Assembly (NCBI GenBank): GCA_964457085.1
Contig: CAYWDM010000001.1
Location: forward strand, 242,914 to 306,913
DNA length: 64,000 bases
Direction: 5' to 3'
Source: an uncultured Pseudomonadales bacterium
GTDB lineage: Bacteria; Patescibacteriota; Microgenomatia; UBA1400; PJMF01
This document shows positions 59,394-64,000 of this stretch, piece by piece. A program made the translations under genes and the position numbers. Numbering within the stretch: position 1 is the stretch's first letter; every line of letters starts with the position of its first letter. Under the pieces are notes generated by a model, which was given only the letters and a program-made list of their open reading frames with translations, made no database searches and was not told the DNA's origin.

Positions 59394-59645
59394 ATGACAG
59401 ACAAACAATTCGTCATCCAACAATTGCGTATTGATAAAATCATTTACGCAGTCGAGGCAACCGCAATTGCAGTTAGTTGTTTGGTCGGCGTAGTTTTGGC
59501 AAGCGTTTTCTTCCGCGGTGTAGCACAAGCCAGTATCGTGATGCTGCTTGGTTTCATCTGCTTTGCATATACGCTATACATGGGGCTTGGCAATTTGCGC
59601 AGATTGCGTAAAATCAAGCAACTAGAACGCAGCTTAATAAACTAG
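59394..59645 (+). CDS. small membrane protein (83 aa, 2 TM), doubtful
   Basis: The ATG sits 3 nt after the tRNA-Leu 3' end. Two clear hydrophobic helices, but no SD, and the position between two tRNAs is unusual. Confidence 0.3.
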   Translation: MTDKQFVIQQLRIDKIIYAVEATAIAVSCLVGVVLASVFFRGVAQASIVMLLGFICFAYTLYMGLGNLRRLRKIKQLERSLIN

Positions 59646-59655
59646 GCAAATACAT

Positions 59656-59729
59656 CGGGGAATAGCTCAGATGGCTAGAGCGTACGGTTTGGGACCGTAA
59701 GGCCGGAGGTTCGAGTCCTCTTTCCCCGA
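59656..59729 (+). tRNA. tRNA-Pro(TGG)
   Basis: Acceptor CGGGGAA/TTCCCCG, anticodon stem TACGG/CCGTA, loop TTTGGGA, T-loop TTCGAGT, discriminator A. Confidence 0.9.
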
Positions 59730-61427
59730 CATAAGTTGACAATTAGGCTTTAGGTAGCGTTCAAAGTTTGGATTTAGGCTGTAGGATACGACTTTTCCTT
59801 CTTCTACAACTAGGTTCGAAAACACCATTTTGGCTATTTTTTCAATTTCGGCAAGATTTTCAGTATTTTTGATTGTGTGACCAATGTTTTTTATATAGTT
59901 CGAAAAAGTTTCATACGACATAACTTGGTGGCTGAGTGCATAGTCAGTGTCAGCAATAACTTTTTGTAGCTCCTCAGTCTCAGACTCAAGTTTTTTGATC
60001 TTGTCATCATTTTTTTCAATCTGTTCGTTGAGTTTGTCCAAAACGACAGGTGTTTTGGCATTTGGCAAACCCTTCTCAACCATCTCATCAAGACTGCATT
60101 TTTTTCTGCGTAAGTTTGCAAGTAATAAACGGTACCTCTCTCTAAGACCATCTGACTTGCGTGTCAAATCTTTACTCATTTCATAGAGGTAATCGTTGTA
60201 AGCCGCCTCAGACACTTCAACGCCCTTGAGCAACTTTTCTCCCATGAAATCAGTCAATTGGTAGCTACGGATGCTCCTAAGAAGTTTGAGTGTTTTACCT
60301 AGGCAATCTTCGTTTTTACATGAAACTCGAAATGTCCTTGTGGTATTGCCTGTTGAGACTTCAGGGGTCATCGTTGAATTGCAACTTCCACAAATTACCA
60401 AGTTTTTGTATGGGAGATTTCTATTACCTGTCTTTTTGATAAAGTTTGGCTGGTTATGTGCCAAGCAGTTACGTAACCTCATGAAGTCTGCTGGCTCAAT
60501 TACAGGTTTATATGGATGACTTTGGGGATAAACGTCTCTCAGCCATACCTTGACCTTACCATAGACATAAAGACCAGCATAAAAAGGGTCAGAAAAAATT
60601 GGAGAGAGTATTCTGCGATCGAGGTTGATTTTTTTACCCTTGTAAGTAAAACCCGCCTGCATCATGTAACGAGCAATGTCGTCTAGTGAGGTGCCATCAA
60701 GAGCCATTTGAAACCCCTTTTGTAGGATGGTGAAGTTATTGCCATCAGGCACAAACTGGTGCTGCTTATTCAGCGTGTACCCCCTGCGAGCTTTTCTGTT
60801 TGGAACAATGCCCTCCGATGCCTTACTCTCACTACCCCTTGTAGAAACGGCTGACAAATTATCAGAGTATTGCTTGGCAAGGATAAATTGAAACCCAAGT
60901 GTCATCACGCCGTTGTTGTCCCTAATGAAAGTGTGGGTGCAGAAAGCTAGATCAAAAATCTCACCTCGGTCAATCATGTCAATGATCTCGCCAGCTTCTT
61001 TCATATTTCTAGCAAGTCTGTCTGGATGCCAAGCAAGAATAGAATTACATTTACCTTGTTTTATCCAACGGAGCATTTTGGCAAAGTCATCACGCTTGCC
61101 AGACTTCCTCGCACTAATCCCATCATCAACGAACTCTGTGAGGATTTTGATTTTATTTTTGTTAGCGTATGAATGGCAGGCAGCTAGTTGCTCCTGTACC
61201 GATTTTTCCTGTCTCTCCACAACCTCACCATCACTGTCTTTCTTTTTGCCTTTGGTAGACTTGCGAGCGTAGATAACCCAAATCCTTTGCTGGTCATCGG
61301 TAACTATACCTTTTGACTGTTTGTACTGTCTGATTAGACCATTAGCGTAGTCCTCAAGAAGTCCCTTGGCATTTTGGGGCATTGATGTGGTGTCATTTAC
61401 TCTTTTTGCCATTTTTGTATCTCTCAA
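59667..61427 (-). CDS. large serine recombinase (integrase)
   Basis: Resolvase catalytic domain (IWVIYARKSTK with the catalytic Ser, WHPDRLARN), a recombinase domain, a zinc ribbon (CGSCNS...C..C) and a coiled-coil C-terminus. The 3' end runs antisense across tRNA-Pro. Confidence 0.85.
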   Translation of the reverse strand: MRDTKMAKRVNDTTSMPQNAKGLLEDYANGLIRQYKQSKGIVTDDQQRIWVIYARKSTKGKKKDSDGEVVERQEKSVQEQLAACHSYANKNKIKILTEFVDDGISARKSGKRDDFAKMLRWIKQGKCNSILAWHPDRLARNMKEAGEIIDMIDRGEIFDLAFCTHTFIRDNNGVMTLGFQFILAKQYSDNLSAVSTRGSESKASEGIVPNRKARRGYTLNKQHQFVPDGNNFTILQKGFQMALDGTSLDDIARYMMQAGFTYKGKKINLDRRILSPIFSDPFYAGLYVYGKVKVWLRDVYPQSHPYKPVIEPADFMRLRNCLAHNQPNFIKKTGNRNLPYKNLVICGSCNSTMTPEVSTGNTTRTFRVSCKNEDCLGKTLKLLRSIRSYQLTDFMGEKLLKGVEVSEAAYNDYLYEMSKDLTRKSDGLRERYRLLLANLRRKKCSLDEMVEKGLPNAKTPVVLDKLNEQIEKNDDKIKKLESETEELQKVIADTDYALSHQVMSYETFSNYIKNIGHTIKNTENLAEIEKIAKMVFSNLVVEEGKVVSYSLNPNFERYLKPNCQLMSGKEDSNLRPYGPKPYALAI

Positions 61428-64000
61428 CTAATCTTGGTCGGCAATTGGTTTTTATTTCAATTTAGCTGAGCAGATACATCGTGATAAAGTTGCTCCTGCT
61501 CCCTCTGCAACCCAGCATCAAAAATGATGTGGTAGTCAAAGTTTTGGTTCACTTTTTTGAACTCATCGAAACCAATCTCCTTGGCAAATACCTCACTAAA
61601 CAAATCATCTGCCTTACCACCATACAAACTCTTGTTCTTTTCGTATGCCATTTTTTCTTGTGTGGTCTTCACCTCAATGACAATGAAACGCCCAGTGCTA
61701 GTCTCAATCAAGAAATCAGGGAAGTAGCGAGCAATGCGTTTTTTCTCGGGACTGTAGTACTCAAAATAGAAATCATTGTGGCTGCTATCAGTTACACCAC
61801 CAGTAAAGTAAATATCCTTGATGACCTCGCTCTGCTTGAGCTGCTTACTGAGGAAGTGAAATAGCTCTTTTTCGTCACGGCTATCGAAGCTATATGGATT
61901 GATGTGGAAGCCATACCGATTGGTCGTTTCCGCCTCTTTATAAACGATGAGCGACTTCCTGTCCTCACGCACGTTGATCTTGAATGGATAGTTCTTAGTC
62001 AACTCAAGCATTTCTTCAACAACCTCAGTTTTTTCCGTGTATTCATATACTTGCTGCAAAATGCTCTGGATAATAAAAAACAATAGTCCTGGCGAGTTGT
62101 TGACCTGTTGGGTGAGTTTAGCCAACGAAGCACTGCTATTTAGCAGAATCTGTTTTACTGCTATTGCCGAAAGATGCGTCTCACGACTAATACGGTCAAT
62201 GATTTCATATACGGTGAGGGTGTTTTTTACCTTCACAATTTGGATAGTTCCGTCTGCTTCATACCTAGCTTGCTCACCATCCATTGATATGCCAGAGGTG
62301 CGAATAAACGGTTCATAAATATCAGCTTTGTAGTCTTTCCACTTGAGCACAATCTGACTTGGTGATTTGACATTAGCCTGTTCAATCGTTCTGAGCTGCT
62401 TCTTCACCTTCACAGAGCATTTTTTTTCTACAGTCAGCTCACAAGGGGCAGACTGCTGCTCTTGGTTTTGTAAATCGGTAAGTGAAGTAGCAAAGTTGCT
62501 CCTAAGCTCCTTATCCAAAATCTTGGCGTTCTCAGGTGAAACAAACACAGATGCCCTAACAGAGTTGTCACCTATGGCTCTCAAGCATCGGGTTGCTGAT
62601 TGCAAAACGAAAATAGCACTCTTTGGCTTTCTAAATAAGGCACATGAAACAAGTGAACGACAATTCCAACCCTCAGTACCTTTACCAACCAGCAACACAA
62701 TCTGTTTCTTACTACCAGCAGTATCAAGCCTAAAAAACTCGTCACGTTGATCTTCAGCTTCAGTGTGGTACTCGAGTATCTTGTCAGTACTAATACCTTT
62801 TTGTGATAACACTTTACTGACTTGTGGCAGTAACTCCTGTCTCAAAACATCAATGCTGGGTGCGTAAAATGCTATCTTTGGCAGTTTGTCTTCCAAACGG
62901 TTCTCTCCATATTCTGACCAAAACTTATCGAGTACGTCTACAACAAACTCCTCAGACTGGACATTACCATATTCAAAAAAACGCACTTGCTTCAAGATAC
63001 CCATCTCAATACCTTGCTTGAGTCCAAAATGGTAAACCACATCAGGCAACATTTTAGAGTTTACATATGGGGTACCAGTCAGGTTGACCACACCAACCAA
63101 AGGCGTCTTACCTTCTTTGTGAATGTAATCAATCGTTTGACGTGTCTTTTTCAATGCCCCCTCAAGTGTTGTACCAAATGAGTGGTGTGCTTCATCGACG
63201 AACACAGCCAGATCTTTCATCTCACGAATGAGTAATAGTCGCTGGTTTTCTTTAGCCCGATATTTTATAAAAGTTTCATCTTTGAGCCAGTTGAGCTGTC
63301 TGTTTTCAACGTGCTGACTCTTGAGGATGATCTTCTGGGAGTTGCTCACCACAATGTTGTAGTTACCAATCGGGTTTAGAGCAGTATCAGGACTCTCCAA
63401 GTAGTGATATTTGATATTCAGAGTGATGGGCAGATACTCCTTAGGCAACACAAGCGTGTAGTCAAAGTTTTTGATTTCCTTGAGGCTTTCAATAATGGTT
63501 GTGTCAGGTGCGAATACCAAGATATTTTTGGCAAATCTCGAGTCATCTTGGTGGTAGTACGACAATACAAAGTCATACAGAATCATCGCTCCCATCAAAA
63601 TTGTTTTACCTGACCCCATTGTTAGTGCATAGATCTGGTTGGCATAATCCAATTCACCAAATTGTTCATACAGTTTTTGGTTGATGATCTTGTCCTTATC
63701 AGTGTTGAGTAAGAGATCAATCATCTCGTTTTGCGACAAACCCAAACTTAGCAGCAGGTCTTTTTCGGTAGTGAATACTGAACGTATAGCCTGATGGGTT
63801 GGTTTATTACCCAAAACCTCTTTTAGGTAGATATACGTCTCCAACGCTTCAATCTGTGGTTGATGTAAGTATGCAACTGATTTGATATGCCTCAGTATAT
63901 TTTTGGTTTCAGGCAGTACACCCTCATAGCCAGCATGTCGCCACTGGGCAATTACCGTTACCAACGCATTTAGCAACGGATGCTTCATACTCCTGCCTCC
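59730..64000. mobile_element. second putative integrated element (serine integrase + restriction cargo) at the tRNA-Pro 3' end, truncated by the window
   Basis: The integrase abuts and overlaps tRNA-Pro, and defence cargo follows. The far boundary is not visible. Confidence 0.45.
61457..63988 (-). CDS. Type III restriction Res-like SF2 helicase-nuclease (N-terminal helicase, C-terminal PD-(D/E)xK)
   Basis: Walker A LTMGSGKT, motif II VFVDEAHHS (DEAH), and C-terminal YFPDFLIETSTGRFIVIEVK. AGGAG SD upstream of the start at 63988. Confidence 0.65.
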   Translation of the reverse strand: MKHPLLNALVTVIAQWRHAGYEGVLPETKNILRHIKSVAYLHQPQIEALETYIYLKEVLGNKPTHQAIRSVFTTEKDLLLSLGLSQNEMIDLLLNTDKDKIINQKLYEQFGELDYANQIYALTMGSGKTILMGAMILYDFVLSYYHQDDSRFAKNILVFAPDTTIIESLKEIKNFDYTLVLPKEYLPITLNIKYHYLESPDTALNPIGNYNIVVSNSQKIILKSQHVENRQLNWLKDETFIKYRAKENQRLLLIREMKDLAVFVDEAHHSFGTTLEGALKKTRQTIDYIHKEGKTPLVGVVNLTGTPYVNSKMLPDVVYHFGLKQGIEMGILKQVRFFEYGNVQSEEFVVDVLDKFWSEYGENRLEDKLPKIAFYAPSIDVLRQELLPQVSKVLSQKGISTDKILEYHTEAEDQRDEFFRLDTAGSKKQIVLLVGKGTEGWNCRSLVSCALFRKPKSAIFVLQSATRCLRAIGDNSVRASVFVSPENAKILDKELRSNFATSLTDLQNQEQQSAPCELTVEKKCSVKVKKQLRTIEQANVKSPSQIVLKWKDYKADIYEPFIRTSGISMDGEQARYEADGTIQIVKVKNTLTVYEIIDRISRETHLSAIAVKQILLNSSASLAKLTQQVNNSPGLLFFIIQSILQQVYEYTEKTEVVEEMLELTKNYPFKINVREDRKSLIVYKEAETTNRYGFHINPYSFDSRDEKELFHFLSKQLKQSEVIKDIYFTGGVTDSSHNDFYFEYYSPEKKRIARYFPDFLIETSTGRFIVIEVKTTQEKMAYEKNKSLYGGKADDLFSEVFAKEIGFDEFKKVNQNFDYHIIFDAGLQREQEQLYHDVSAQLN

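Noticed and set aside
59244-59528. 94-aa ORF on the minus strand
   Set aside because: It overlaps tRNA-Leu(TAA) antisense and has no SD. Spurious.

Overview
This 64-kb window comes from a low-GC (about 38-40% by eye), gene-dense bacterial chromosome. It uses the standard genetic code, has AGGAGG-like ribosome-binding sites, and encodes a bacterial type-A RNase P RNA and nine tRNAs. Many proteins are small, and several genes start with TTG or GTG. Core content: the 3' end of a [NiFe]-hydrogenase large-subunit gene with its maturation protease; a two-subunit 2-oxoacid:ferredoxin oxidoreductase; a ferredoxin and an FNR-type reductase (an anaerobic electron module); two EamA transporters; threonine aldolase; Asp/Glu racemase; prs; proS; rpsU; rnpB; a ComM/YifB ATPase; an alpha-glucan cluster (GT4 synthase, GH57, GH15, sugar kinase); and murE and murC. 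Accessory content stands out. (1) A compact ~6.5-kb integrated element lies at tRNA-Arg. It carries a large serine recombinase, a rolling-circle (HUH) Rep, and a cargo of two HEPN-like proteins, an unknown protein and a DUF559/Vsr-like nuclease. (2) A second large serine recombinase overlaps tRNA-Pro and is followed by a Type III Res-like helicase-nuclease; this element runs off the window end. (3) There are att-like partial tRNA duplications at tRNA-Gly and tRNA-Leu. (4) Two secreted dockerin-bearing paralogues share near-identical 5' and 3' DNA cassettes. (5) A translationally coupled DHH-HIT-483 aa-1337 aa operon and an 816-aa protein with an embedded alpha/beta-hydrolase motif have no recognisable relatives. 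(6) A membrane-anchored Cys-rich tandem-repeat protein ends in an HExxH domain. No CRISPR array was found. All calls rest on reading the sequence and translations by eye; no database search was run.
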